Source: a bacterium
GTDB lineage: Bacteria > Bacteroidota > Ignavibacteria > Kapaibacteriales > UBA2268
NCBI GenBank assembly: GCA_043804925.1
Contig: JAZDIP010000047.1
Coordinates: forward strand, 14,987-78,986
DNA length: 64,000 nt
Direction of reading: 5' to 3'
In this document: positions 9,652 through 19,131 of the stretch, one piece after another
How the letters are laid out: every line of letters begins with the position of its first letter
Numbering within the stretch: the stretch's first letter is position 1
Position numbers and translations under genes: made by a program
The notes under the pieces: model-generated
Told to the model about the DNA's origin: nothing
Seen by the model: only the letters and a program-made list of their open reading frames with translations
Databases searched by the model: none

Positions 9652-11472
9652 TTATTTTGCCGGAGCAGGAAGCTCCAACTCGATTGTCCAGCGGGCAGGT
9701 ACCTCCTTTTCTTCCTTTATTAAAATAAATGGTTCTGAATGCTCGAAAGGATATGCTTCGCCGTAGCTGTATTTTCCATTTCCATCAAAATCATAGTATA
9801 ATTCAAATTTATACTTACCTTCGGGCAATGACGGAATACTCCATTTTCCTGAATCTGCGGGAGATGTAACCATTTTGAAATTCGGATTGAATATTATTAT
9901 TTTCAAATTTGAATCCGGCTGATGCAAATCTTTGATTCTCCCTTTAATTCCGCCAAAATTCCTTGTATCCTGAATCCTGAATTTCAATCTTAATGTAGTA
10001 TCCTTGCCTTTAATTTCATTAGCAGCTTCAATCTCATTCATTCTGAAATTGATGATATACCATTTTAACGGTTCCAATTTATTTTTCGGTATGATTCTCA
10101 TTATATTATCAGACTTCCAATTAACATCAAAATTAATTTTTACCGAATCTCCATCCATGAAACTAATCGAATTATTTATATCGGATTTACTTAGTGGCAA
10201 GTTAAAAACAAAATTCAAATCAGGAATAACAGGAACATATAAAGAACTATCAGGATAAGGCATTTTCAATAATTCCGGCTGAATCTGATTTGGCGAGTTT
10301 TCAGCATAAAAATAAGCAAAGTTTGCTGTGTCGTTAATTAAATTTCCAACAGTATCTCTCAGTGAAAAATCCTTTTTTGGTATAGCCAAAATCTTCCATA
10401 ATATATTCGTATCGAGTTGTTCGGAACTGAACACCCAAATCTTATCAGGAGATTTTAAACTTAGCATTGCTCCCGAAACATCTGCTTTTTCTATGCCTGT
10501 ACTGTCCCATATCTCAAGAGCTTGTGATTTAACGAAATTTGTATCTAACCGCTCACTGAAGACTAATTCAATCAAATTCGAGTTTAATCCTTCTGCTGAA
10601 AAAAGCTGTGGTCCTGTATTATCTTTAGTAGGTCCTATTTTCAAATTCACAACAGGAACGGAATCCCCGGTTACTTCCACATCGAAAGGCGCCGCTCCAA
10701 AATCATCGAGACCTTCGTCATAAACTTCGTCTTTGAATTTATCCCTTATAGCAATTACTCTGTATTTACCTTCTTTCAAAGCTACCAAATCGAATTTTCC
10801 GTTTTGTCCCGACTGTGTTCTGTAGTTTGGTTTTGTTTGGGATGGATTTAAAGTATCGGGATTTATATTGTCAATCCTGTAAGCATATATATTTGTTCCT
10901 GTCGGTTTTGGGTCAATCAATGTTCCGGTTATCGAACAGCTATCCAAAAAAGAACCTGTCGAAAAAATAAGAGAAAATGATTCTGCCGGTTTGTTTCCTT
11001 TTAAATCGGAATACTCGGTACCCAAAGAAAAAACATAAGTAGTACTATCCTTCAACTCTTCTTCGAATTCAATTTCAAGTTCTTTACCACTCCAATCGAA
11101 TTTCATCTTAACTGATGGTGAAATAAAAATGTTTTCAAGAACTGTGTTTTTATTCATATATTTATTGAATTCAATCGTAATGCTTTTCTCTTTGTAATTA
11201 GTTGTCCCCTGAGCAGGTGCATATCTTGTAATAATCGGTGGTGATTTATCCGGTGGTCCACCCGAAGGCGGCTGGGGATTTGCACAAGAAAAAAGTAAAA
11301 CAGCAAACAGCAAACAAAATTTAATTGATAATTGATAATTGATAATTGATAATGAAGACTGACGACTAACGACTGACAACTGTCGACTGTTGACTATCGA
11401 CCGGCGACTAACGACTGACGACTGACGACTAACGACCAACGACCGGCGACTGTTGACTAATTTATATTTCAT
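9652..11472 (-). CDS. Ig-like-domain (SbsA/Big-like) lipoprotein; N-terminal 56 codons encoded by a heptamer repeat tract
   Basis: 606 aa. Lipobox LLFSC at about residue 64. All residues before it (VVSRQSSVVSRRSIVNSRQLS...IINYQLS) are translated from the repeat tract 11301-11458, so the true start may lie further downstream (non-ATG). Confidence 0.5.
   Translation of the reverse strand: MKYKLVNSRRSLVVSRQSSVVSRRSIVNSRQLSVVSRQSSLSIINYQLSIKFCLLFAVLLFSCANPQPPSGGPPDKSPPIITRYAPAQGTTNYKEKSITIEFNKYMNKNTVLENIFISPSVKMKFDWSGKELEIEFEEELKDSTTYVFSLGTEYSDLKGNKPAESFSLIFSTGSFLDSCSITGTLIDPKPTGTNIYAYRIDNINPDTLNPSQTKPNYRTQSGQNGKFDLVALKEGKYRVIAIRDKFKDEVYDEGLDDFGAAPFDVEVTGDSVPVVNLKIGPTKDNTGPQLFSAEGLNSNLIELVFSERLDTNFVKSQALEIWDSTGIEKADVSGAMLSLKSPDKIWVFSSEQLDTNILWKILAIPKKDFSLRDTVGNLINDTANFAYFYAENSPNQIQPELLKMPYPDSSLYVPVIPDLNFVFNLPLSKSDINNSISFMDGDSVKINFDVNWKSDNIMRIIPKNKLEPLKWYIINFRMNEIEAANEIKGKDTTLRLKFRIQDTRNFGGIKGRIKDLHQPDSNLKIIIFNPNFKMVTSPADSGKWSIPSLPEGKYKFELYYDFDGNGKYSYGEAYPFEHSEPFILIKEEKEVPARWTIELELPAPAK
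11301..11458. repeat. mosaic heptanucleotide tandem-repeat tract (cagcaaa x2, taattga x4, gactgac-like x~14)
   Basis: About 22 period-7 units (~158 bp) that stay in frame with the downstream lipoprotein signal peptide. Confidence 0.7.
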
Positions 11473-11571
11473 TATTAATCCGAATATTCTTATCTTGTTA
11501 AATTATTTTTGTCAAATTTAAGCAAAAGAGCGGAACTTTTAGAATTAACAACTAAAAATTAACATTGTCGT

Positions 11572-12540
11572 ATGAAACTTGAAATTAGGGATAAAGATAT
11601 AATCAGGGTATTGAACTTTCTTAGAATACGGAACAAATTCATTAAAAAAGTTGTTGCCGCAATTGAAACTTTGGTTGATAGGATTGACAGAAATCATTCT
11701 TTTTTACTAGCTGCAGGTATAGCTTTTAATATACTTTTATATGTTATTCCTATGCTTTTAGTAGCTCTTTATGTTGTTAATTTAAGCATAGGAGCTGACA
11801 AGATTTCTTTGTTCCTGACTGAGCTATTTGAGAAGATTATCCCTGAAAATCCAATGTTAAAGGATGTATTAACCGAAACAATTAATGAAGTTTATGTGAT
11901 TTTCCAAAAAAGCTCATTACTTGGATGGATTGGAATTTTTACTTTGCTCTGGCTCTCGTCTGCCTTACTAAGTTCGTTGAGAACCGGAATTAATACCGTA
12001 TTTAAAATAGCAACTCCAAAAACTTACTTCTTTTATAAAATACAGGATATATTTTTGATAATTGTCATATCTGTTCTGATTATGATAATGTCATTTGTTC
12101 AGCCGGTTATATCAATAGTTCAAAACTATATTGTACAATTTGCTCCTGAAGTTCTTGGTTCAATATTCAACAAAGTCTATGTTTTAGCTTTTTCGCTTAT
12201 CAACTCTTTCGTATTATTTTATCTTCTTTTCAGGTTTGTTCCGAATAGAAAAATGCCTCGTTTTATCCGCATGGTTAGCATAATATCCTGCGTGATTTTC
12301 GTGGAGCTTTCGAGGTACATATTTTCATGGTATATCAGCGGTGTGTCGGCTTATGGCAAATTCTACGGGACATATGCAATTATTGCTTCTATGGCAGTTT
12401 GGGTATATTACCTGACATTTATAATATTATTTTCGGCTGAACTGGGAAAATTTGTTTACGATTTGAAATATGGTGAAGACCTTGATGAATACATCAAAAA
12501 CGTAAATATTTCTCCCAAAGCAGATATAAGTCCCATGTAG
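11572..12540 (+). CDS. YihY/BrkB-family membrane protein
   Basis: 322 aa with 6 TM helices. The N-terminal RIDRNHSFLLAAGIAFNILLYVIPMLL region is typical of the YihY/virulence factor BrkB family. Confidence 0.7.
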   Translation: MKLEIRDKDIIRVLNFLRIRNKFIKKVVAAIETLVDRIDRNHSFLLAAGIAFNILLYVIPMLLVALYVVNLSIGADKISLFLTELFEKIIPENPMLKDVLTETINEVYVIFQKSSLLGWIGIFTLLWLSSALLSSLRTGINTVFKIATPKTYFFYKIQDIFLIIVISVLIMIMSFVQPVISIVQNYIVQFAPEVLGSIFNKVYVLAFSLINSFVLFYLLFRFVPNRKMPRFIRMVSIISCVIFVELSRYIFSWYISGVSAYGKFYGTYAIIASMAVWVYYLTFIILFSAELGKFVYDLKYGEDLDEYIKNVNISPKADISPM

Positions 12541-13231
12541 CTTTAACGTCCCTTAGGCAATATTCCGATATTTCCTTGATTTTACCATTAGCATAGAATT
12601 CCGGCACCTTCGAGCCGTCAATTCCTTCGCCTTTGGGTGAGGTCAAACCGAATGCTCTTGTGTAGAAGTCGAAATTAAACCGTTTTGTAGCTCCGTATCC
12701 AAAGGAAGGATTATAGAATGTTAGCTCGTCAATTAAATCGGTATGCATGCCATAATTGAATTTTGTACCTGACATAATATTCTTTGATGGTTTTAATCCC
12801 AAAAGTGCGGAACGTAACATCAGGAACGGAGCATCGAATCCCCTGCCATTAAAAGAAATCAAATGTACCGGTTCGTATTTGGTTATTGTTTTCCAGAATT
12901 TTTCCAATGCGGTTTTTTCATTATAGAAAAAGCATGGAGTTCCATCCGACAACTGGTCTTTTCTTTCTTCATTGTCATTCATCCCGTTATCTACAGCAAT
13001 GGCTCCATGTCTCAATGTCTTGTTTTCCCCTTTTTCATCCCGTTCAATTAGTTGTATTCCTATACAAACTACCTGGGCAGTAAGCGGGGTAAGCCCCATC
13101 TCGTTTTTCTTTTTTTGGATTTCTTCTTCGCCCGATGTTCCCCTGAGAATGTATTCCTGCTGTGATTCAGAAAACGATTCGAATGGAAGGGGTACTGTTT
13201 CTATGTCAAATACTAAAAATTTCATGTTCAC
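12494..13231 (-). CDS. predicted 3'-5' exonuclease, PolB-exonuclease-like (RNase H-like fold, DEDDy)
   Basis: Exo motifs are present: FDIET (Exo I), FNGRGFDAPFL (Exo II) and YCLRDVKAT (Exo III). Confidence 0.6.
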   Translation of the reverse strand: MNMKFLVFDIETVPLPFESFSESQQEYILRGTSGEEEIQKKKNEMGLTPLTAQVVCIGIQLIERDEKGENKTLRHGAIAVDNGMNDNEERKDQLSDGTPCFFYNEKTALEKFWKTITKYEPVHLISFNGRGFDAPFLMLRSALLGLKPSKNIMSGTKFNYGMHTDLIDELTFYNPSFGYGATKRFNFDFYTRAFGLTSPKGEGIDGSKVPEFYANGKIKEISEYCLRDVKATWDLYLLWEKYLRF

Positions 13232-13414
13232 CTAAATTGTTATTATCAAAAAACCAATATAAGAAATAAGGGAGAATTATCAATATGGAAATTTGAATTA
13301 CATTGGTGTCAATAATAAAAATAATAAATTCATGGTTAAGGCCAATGGCTTGTTTATTCTTTTTCAGCTTCGATGGGTGTAATTAATGTTTTTCTTTTTC
13401 CACCCCTCCCTAAT

Positions 13415-13463
13415 CCTCCCCGAAGGGGAGGGAATTGTCTTGCTTCCTCTCCTTTGGAGAGGG
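13415..13463. other. pair of GC-rich stable hairpins (cctcccc-gaa-ggggagg and cctctcc-tttg-gagagg) downstream of a minus-strand gene
   Basis: Two perfect 7-bp GC stems are conspicuous in ~30% GC DNA. Read on the minus strand, hairpin 1 carries a UUCG tetraloop. No U-run follows, so it is not a canonical intrinsic terminator. Spurious ORF 13373..13582 spans them. Confidence 0.5.
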
Positions 13464-13475
13464 ATGGGGTTGGTT

Positions 13476-14750
13476 TTATTTCAATATCTTCAGCACACTC
13501 CTTGAGCCATTACAATCTACAACTACCAAATATACTCCCGTTATCAGAAAGGCGACATCAACTTCAATTGATTGAACATTAATTTTAACATCCTCATCAG
13601 ATAAAGATTTTATTATTTTACCACTTATGTCGTATATGCTTATTATTGGTTTTTCGATTATTAAATCACCAAAATGTATTTTTAGTTTTTTATCATTTAT
13701 TGAATATTTAAGTTCATCTTCCTTTATATCTTTAACATCCGTTCCATTCCACTTTGGTCTAAGCAAAGTTAAATATCCGGAATGATTACCATATGCAGCA
13801 ATATAATCATCCTTTGAAACATCGATAGCTGTTTCTCCTGAATAAGGATATTCATAAACTAATGAGTCTCCTTCGATATTCCATACGATTATTTTATCAG
13901 GATCGTAGTCTTCGCTATCACGATACGCGAAGATTATGTTTTTTGAATCTCTTGAAAATCTGATGTGCAAGATTCCAAAATTTAGATTTAACAATCCATT
14001 AAATTTTATATTTTTAAAAAGTTCTAACTTTTTTAAATCCCATAAATAAATCCCATTTTGATAATAGTAACTTCCAAGGATTTCATTATTATAAGAAAAA
14101 ATATTTTGAGCTAAAGTGCCATCCGGAATTTCAAAAATCTTTATTTCTTCGTATGTAATCATATCAATTAGAATAACTGTATTATACGTTCCACGGAAAT
14201 CAGTAAAACTGAAATATTTTCCGTCGGAAGAAATCTGCGGATTACTTGCATAATAATACCTCCCGACAAAAGATTTAATAATCTCTTTTGTTGCGATGTC
14301 AATAACGAGAATCTGTGGCTCGTCAAGTCCTATTTTTCCTGTGGTTGCGATTATATGTTTGCCGTCGGGAGTAAATTGTGCTTCTTCACCATATTTTAAC
14401 GTAAAAATTGTGTCGCCAGTGTTTACATTCCATAACATTATCAAACCATTACCGGATACAATTAATGTATCTCCTGTTGGAGAAATGCTAAGATAATTCA
14501 ATAATGGTTTATTCAATGCAATTGTATCGAAAACCGCTCCGGTAGAAGTTTCAATTTTATAGACAAAGTATTTTCCAAACTCACCATGTTGAGCAAAAAC
14601 ATAATGTCCATCTGGACTAAATATTATGTCGTGTGCATTAGCAATTATTTTAGTCCAGACCGTGTCGGGAAGGGACTCTTGTGCTTTTGCATGCTCCAGC
14701 CCTGCGAGAGCGAGCAGAGATAAAAGTATTATTAACTTAGTTTTAAACAT
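13476..14750 (-). CDS. secreted beta-propeller protein with T9SS C-terminal sorting domain
   Basis: 424 aa with a signal peptide and WD40/PQQ-like repeats. The C-terminal ISIYDISGKIIKSL...GVYLVVVDCNGSRSVLKILK segment is a Por_Secre_tail. Confidence 0.6.
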   Translation of the reverse strand: MFKTKLIILLSLLALAGLEHAKAQESLPDTVWTKIIANAHDIIFSPDGHYVFAQHGEFGKYFVYKIETSTGAVFDTIALNKPLLNYLSISPTGDTLIVSGNGLIMLWNVNTGDTIFTLKYGEEAQFTPDGKHIIATTGKIGLDEPQILVIDIATKEIIKSFVGRYYYASNPQISSDGKYFSFTDFRGTYNTVILIDMITYEEIKIFEIPDGTLAQNIFSYNNEILGSYYYQNGIYLWDLKKLELFKNIKFNGLLNLNFGILHIRFSRDSKNIIFAYRDSEDYDPDKIIVWNIEGDSLVYEYPYSGETAIDVSKDDYIAAYGNHSGYLTLLRPKWNGTDVKDIKEDELKYSINDKKLKIHFGDLIIEKPIISIYDISGKIIKSLSDEDVKINVQSIEVDVAFLITGVYLVVVDCNGSRSVLKILK

Positions 14751-14856
14751 TTATAGCTCAAACATTTCTAAATTTAATCATGTTTCTTATACAATACTGA
14801 CTATTTGTTTTACCATAAAGGATTAATTTATCTTTTTAATTAAATCATTCAACAAC

Positions 14857-16173
14857 TCACTTCCTATTATTCCCATTATTTTTTTGATTTATTAATGCCT
14901 TAACAGGAGCCAAACCCAATGCACTGCCTTCGTGAATTGCCTTCAAAACTGCACCGCCACCTGTAAAGATGTAATATTGAGGACTGTCCAACGCAACAAT
15001 GTAAAGACCGGGCAACAATCTCTTCAGTTCCTGCATAGTATCGCCACCGCCATAAAGTTTGACGGCTTTCCTGTTGTGGTCAATGGTTTCATCCAAAGCA
15101 ATAGTGCCTTCGTTGAAATGAGGTACATATCCCATAACAGCATTGACAAAAATTGTTGTTGCTTTGGAGAAAATCTCTTTGATGTCTTCTGCCTGGAAAG
15201 ATTCTTTTGCAACATCAAGTACATAATTCAAAGAATCACCTTCTTTCAATTCCGTAACTTTATGCGTTCTGAATTGCCCTTCAAGTCTGCCTTCCATAGT
15301 ATCAGATTCAATGATATATGGCAGTTCAATTAATTTTCCTGGAAATCCTTTTGAATATTCAACGAATTCTTTTGCATATTTCAGGTCGTCATCGCTGATT
15401 CCTTTAATGGATATTCCGTATTTGGCAGCAAGGTATGCATTATACATTACACCACCGAGAACGAGGTAATCCGCTTTTTGTATTAATGTATAAAGGGATT
15501 CAATTTTTGTATCGAATTTTGAACCTGCGACGACAGCTATGAAAGGTCTTTCAGGGTCATAAATCCTGCCAAGATTTATTAATTCCTTTTGCATAAGGAA
15601 ACCGGCATACGATGGTAAATATTTCGAAACTCCAACTGTAGAAGCATGTGGTTGCCATGAACCGAAAGCATCGTTTACATATATATCAGCTAAGCCGGCA
15701 AGCTGATTTGCAAACCTATCCATCATCTCCTCATCACCTTCCTCGCCAAAAAACCATCGTGTGTTCGGCATATATATCCCGTCAATAGTGTGGTCGTTCA
15801 GGTCACGAATTAAGTGATTGACTGATGTTTCAATACCCAAATAGCCAAGATTCCCATGTGGAAAAAATTCGGGTATTTTCAAGGTTATATGTAACTTATT
15901 TTGAAAATAATTAACAATGGGTTCGACTGAAGAATCGTATGAAATATTAATATTTCCGGTCTTTTTGTCTTTGGGCCTGCCAACATGTGTCATTAATATA
16001 ATTTTACCGCCCTTTGCATTAATGTAGTACAGGGTACCAAGTGTGGCATCAATTCTATAAGGGTCATGAATTATCCCTTTTTTTACGACATTGTGGTCAA
16101 CTCTGACAAGCACAACCTTATTTTTCAGGTCAGCATCCTGAATCAATGGTATGTTCAAATCCCGAATATCCAT
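14857..16173 (-). CDS. pgk: phosphoglycerate kinase (divergent)
   Basis: The N-terminal VVLVRVDHNVV..., HVGRPKDKK and C-terminal GGGDT...TGGGA motifs follow the PGK pattern. 438 aa. Confidence 0.65.
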   Translation of the reverse strand: MDIRDLNIPLIQDADLKNKVVLVRVDHNVVKKGIIHDPYRIDATLGTLYYINAKGGKIILMTHVGRPKDKKTGNINISYDSSVEPIVNYFQNKLHITLKIPEFFPHGNLGYLGIETSVNHLIRDLNDHTIDGIYMPNTRWFFGEEGDEEMMDRFANQLAGLADIYVNDAFGSWQPHASTVGVSKYLPSYAGFLMQKELINLGRIYDPERPFIAVVAGSKFDTKIESLYTLIQKADYLVLGGVMYNAYLAAKYGISIKGISDDDLKYAKEFVEYSKGFPGKLIELPYIIESDTMEGRLEGQFRTHKVTELKEGDSLNYVLDVAKESFQAEDIKEIFSKATTIFVNAVMGYVPHFNEGTIALDETIDHNRKAVKLYGGGDTMQELKRLLPGLYIVALDSPQYYIFTGGGAVLKAIHEGSALGLAPVKALINQKNNGNNRK

Positions 16174-16380
16174 AAAAAACCTTTCTTTTAATTATTAATT
16201 ATTTCAAAACATTGGAAGAAAATCATATAAATATACCTAAAATTTACAAAATAAGAATAAATTTCTTAAAGATTATCGAAATATTTTTCCTGATATTAAT
16301 TGCATAGCATGGCAAATAAACCTAATTTTGTAGTTTATATTAATTTAACTATATATATTTTTGAATTAGGAGAAAAAAAA

Positions 16381-17721
16381 ATGGCATATATCCCGAATAC
16401 GGATGAAGAACGAAAGTTGATGTTAAAGAAGATTGGTGTTAATTCATTTGAGGAATTGATTAGCAATATACCTGAGCAAATCAGGTTTGAAAAATCATTG
16501 AATTTACCTCCGCAAATGTCAGAATTCGAGGTAATAAAACATATCAGGGGTTTGGCAGAAAAAAATGTGAATTCCAGCTCTCACATCAGCTTTCTGGGTG
16601 GAGGGGCTTATGACCACTTCATCCCCTCGATTGTTTTCAGCGTTTTGGAAAAACCCGAATTTAAAACAGCGTACACACCCTATCAGGCAGAGGTGTCTCA
16701 AGGTACTCTTCAGGCAATGTATGAATTTCAATCTATGATTTGTGCTTTAACAGGTATGGAAGTCTCCAATGCTTCGATGTATGACGGAGCATCTGCACTT
16801 GCGGAAGCATGTTTGATGTCGAATGCTCAAAACAGGAAAACGGAAATATTAATTGCTGGAACTTTAAATCCGAACTACAGGAAAGTACTTGAAACAACGT
16901 GCCGTGGAAGAAAAATCATTTTTAAGGAATGCGTTTTAGATGACGGAACTTGTGATTTTGGAATGTTGAAAAACTCGATTACGGAAAATACTTCAGGCGT
17001 TATCGTGCAACAACCGAATGCTTATGGCAATCTTGAAGATGTAATTGAAATTGAAAAAATAGCTCATTCAAAAGATTTGATGTTTATTGTATCTTTTGAC
17101 CCCATATCTCTTGGTTTGCTCTTAACACCCGGAGAATACAATGCAGATATAGCAGTAGCAGAAGGTCAGCCCTTAGGTATTCCTTTGAATTATGGAGGTC
17201 CCTATCTCGGACTGTTTACAGCAAAACAAAAATTTGTCAGGAAAATGCCCGGCAGGTTATCGGGAGTAACTAAAGATTCTGATGGCAACAGAGGGTATGT
17301 ACTTACTTTGCAAACACGCGAACAGCAGATTAAAAGGGAAAAAGCAACCTCAAACATTTGTACAAACCAGGGTTTGTTTATGCTCGCGGCAACGGTTTAT
17401 ATGTCAACGATGGGTAAGCAGGGAATTAAGGAAGTTGCTGAACAAAGTTTTCATAAAGCACATTATTTGGCAAAGAACATACAAAATATTACAGGATTTT
17501 CTTTGCTCAATGACAAACCTTTCTTTAGGGAATTTTTAGTAAAAACACCTATACTTCCGGGTGAAATTATCAAAAAGGGTGAGGAACAGGGATTTTTAGC
17601 AGGTGTGGACACATACAGATTTCCTGAATGCAAAAAAGGATTGCTTATTGCAGTAACAGAGAAACGCACAAAAGCTGAAATGGACAGCTTTATTGAATTT
17701 TTACGTCAATTTGCTAAATAG
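16381..17721 (+). CDS. gcvPA: glycine dehydrogenase (decarboxylating) subunit 1
   Basis: Start trimmed to MAYIPNTDEERKLMLKKIGV..., preceded by AGGAG. The sequence is highly conserved GcvPA throughout. Confidence 0.85.
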   Translation: MAYIPNTDEERKLMLKKIGVNSFEELISNIPEQIRFEKSLNLPPQMSEFEVIKHIRGLAEKNVNSSSHISFLGGGAYDHFIPSIVFSVLEKPEFKTAYTPYQAEVSQGTLQAMYEFQSMICALTGMEVSNASMYDGASALAEACLMSNAQNRKTEILIAGTLNPNYRKVLETTCRGRKIIFKECVLDDGTCDFGMLKNSITENTSGVIVQQPNAYGNLEDVIEIEKIAHSKDLMFIVSFDPISLGLLLTPGEYNADIAVAEGQPLGIPLNYGGPYLGLFTAKQKFVRKMPGRLSGVTKDSDGNRGYVLTLQTREQQIKREKATSNICTNQGLFMLAATVYMSTMGKQGIKEVAEQSFHKAHYLAKNIQNITGFSLLNDKPFFREFLVKTPILPGEIIKKGEEQGFLAGVDTYRFPECKKGLLIAVTEKRTKAEMDSFIEFLRQFAK

Positions 17722-17728
17722 ATTTATT

Positions 17729-18073
17729 ATGTCGGATTCATTTTCATTAGTAGAGATTTCTGAAAAGTTATCATCGCTGAAAATAAAAAGAAAAGCGTTG
17801 ATTACGGGAATAGTAATAGTTGTTGCCGCTACTTTTTTCTTGTTCTCTCCTTATGGAATAATTAAAAGCATTAAGCTTGCAAATCAAAGGGCTGATTCAT
17901 ATAATGAACTTCTTCAAATGAAAAAAACAAATGATTCTTTGAGGGAAAAAATCATTGAAATCCGAACCGATACTGTCGAAATAGAGAGAATCGCAAGAGA
18001 AAAATATGGAATGATTAAAAGAGGTGAAAAGGTTTATATCAGGAAAAAAGTAGTCACAGAAAACGAAGAGTAA
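17729..18073 (+). CDS. septum formation initiator (FtsB/DivIC-like)
   Basis: Single N-terminal TM helix followed by a coiled coil. The IERIAREKYGMIKRGEKVYI motif is typical of the FtsB/DivIC family. An alternative start at 17693 would overlap gcvPA. Confidence 0.55.
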   Translation: MSDSFSLVEISEKLSSLKIKRKALITGIVIVVAATFFLFSPYGIIKSIKLANQRADSYNELLQMKKTNDSLREKIIEIRTDTVEIERIAREKYGMIKRGEKVYIRKKVVTENEE

Positions 18074-18084
18074 TTCCGGTTATA

Positions 18085-19131
18085 ATGTATATTGGCATTG
18101 ATATAGGAGGAACAAATATTAAATCGGGTGTTGTTGACTCATCCGGTAATATTCTATTGGGCAATTCATTTAAAACAGGTACCAGTGAAGGTCCAACTGC
18201 GAATTTGATGCAAATAAAAAAATCAATATTTGAAATGATAAATAAATTTCCCTCAATCCAATCAATCGGTATCGGTGTACCTGGCATTATTGATAAATCC
18301 GGTGTTTTGAACGTTTCACCAAATCTTCCTGAATGGCACGGAATTAATATTCACGACGAACTAAAAAAAGATTTCAATTTGACAATTGCTGTTGATAATG
18401 ATGCAAATGCGGCGGCTATTGCGGAAATGGAAACCGGTGCGGGAAAAGATACCGAGAATTTTATTTATATTACTTTAGGAACAGGAATTGGCGGGGCATT
18501 AATAATCAATAAAAAAATATACAGAGGTTGTGAAGGCGGTGCAGGTGAAATTGGACACACAATCATTAATTATGATTTGATACGAAAGGGAATACCAACA
18601 TTCCGTCAGGGTATATTAGAAGAATTGGCAGGAAGAAAAGCAATAATTACTTATTACCAATTACTAATGACTAATGATAATTTTAGCAGTCAGCAGACAG
18701 CAGACGGCAAGCTGGATTTAATTACGAATTACAAATTACGAATTACGAATTACAAATTACGAATTACGAATGAAGACCTGGATTCCCAAAATGATATTTT
18801 AGGAATTGATTCTTTAGATGTTGAGGATATTGCTAATTCGGCAAAATCAGGTTTTCAACCTGCTGTTGATTGTCTGAACGAAACAGGAGAAATTATTGGT
18901 ATTGGTTTGGCATCTGCTATGAATCTGCTTGATATCCCTGTTGCCATAATCGGTGGAGGTATTTCACAATCAGGTAAAATACTGTTTGATTCCATACGAA
19001 AAACAATAAGGGAACGTTCTTTACCGACTATATCTGAAAGATTTGAGATAAGAGAAGCATATTTTAAAAATAATACCGGTATCATTGGTGCAGCTATGCT
19101 GGGTGCAAATAAAATGAGGGAACAATCTTGA
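18085..19131 (+). CDS. ROK-family sugar kinase (glucokinase-like) carrying an in-frame ~40 aa low-complexity insertion
   Basis: The N-terminus MYIGIDIGGTNIKSGVV and the GGGIS ROK motifs are present. Residues ~190-230 (LLMTNDNFSSQQTADGKLDLITNYKLRITNYKLRITNED) are encoded by the heptamer tract 18654-18776. Confidence 0.8.
   Translation: MYIGIDIGGTNIKSGVVDSSGNILLGNSFKTGTSEGPTANLMQIKKSIFEMINKFPSIQSIGIGVPGIIDKSGVLNVSPNLPEWHGINIHDELKKDFNLTIAVDNDANAAAIAEMETGAGKDTENFIYITLGTGIGGALIINKKIYRGCEGGAGEIGHTIINYDLIRKGIPTFRQGILEELAGRKAIITYYQLLMTNDNFSSQQTADGKLDLITNYKLRITNYKLRITNEDLDSQNDILGIDSLDVEDIANSAKSGFQPAVDCLNETGEIIGIGLASAMNLLDIPVAIIGGGISQSGKILFDSIRKTIRERSLPTISERFEIREAYFKNNTGIIGAAMLGANKMREQS
18654..18776. 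repeat. mosaic heptanucleotide tandem-repeat tract (ttactaa / gacagca / attacga units) inside ROK CDS
   Basis: The string attacga attacaa attacga attacga attacaa attacga attacga is period-7. The whole tract stays in frame. Confidence 0.7.

Noticed and set aside
9449-11458. Possible CRISPR array suggested by dense short repeats
   Set aside because: Units are 7 nt and contiguous, with no 25-40-nt unique spacers between fixed-length repeats. No cas genes nearby. Classified as heptanucleotide tandem repeats.
13373-13582. 69-aa ORF MGVINVFLFPPLPNPPRRGGNCLASSPLERDGVG...
   Set aside because: It is the translation of the two GC-rich hairpins and overlaps the 3' end of the minus-strand T9SS gene. 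Not a gene.
16174-16380. Glycine riboswitch upstream of gcvPA
   Set aside because: The leader is AT-only and lacks the conserved GGAGAG...CACCG cores of glycine aptamers. No riboswitch is supported.
17693-17728. Longer start for the FtsB-like gene overlapping gcvPA by 29 nt
   Set aside because: The downstream ATG at 17729 gives the canonical short cytoplasmic N-terminus before the TM helix. The overlap is not needed. Kept as an alternative only.
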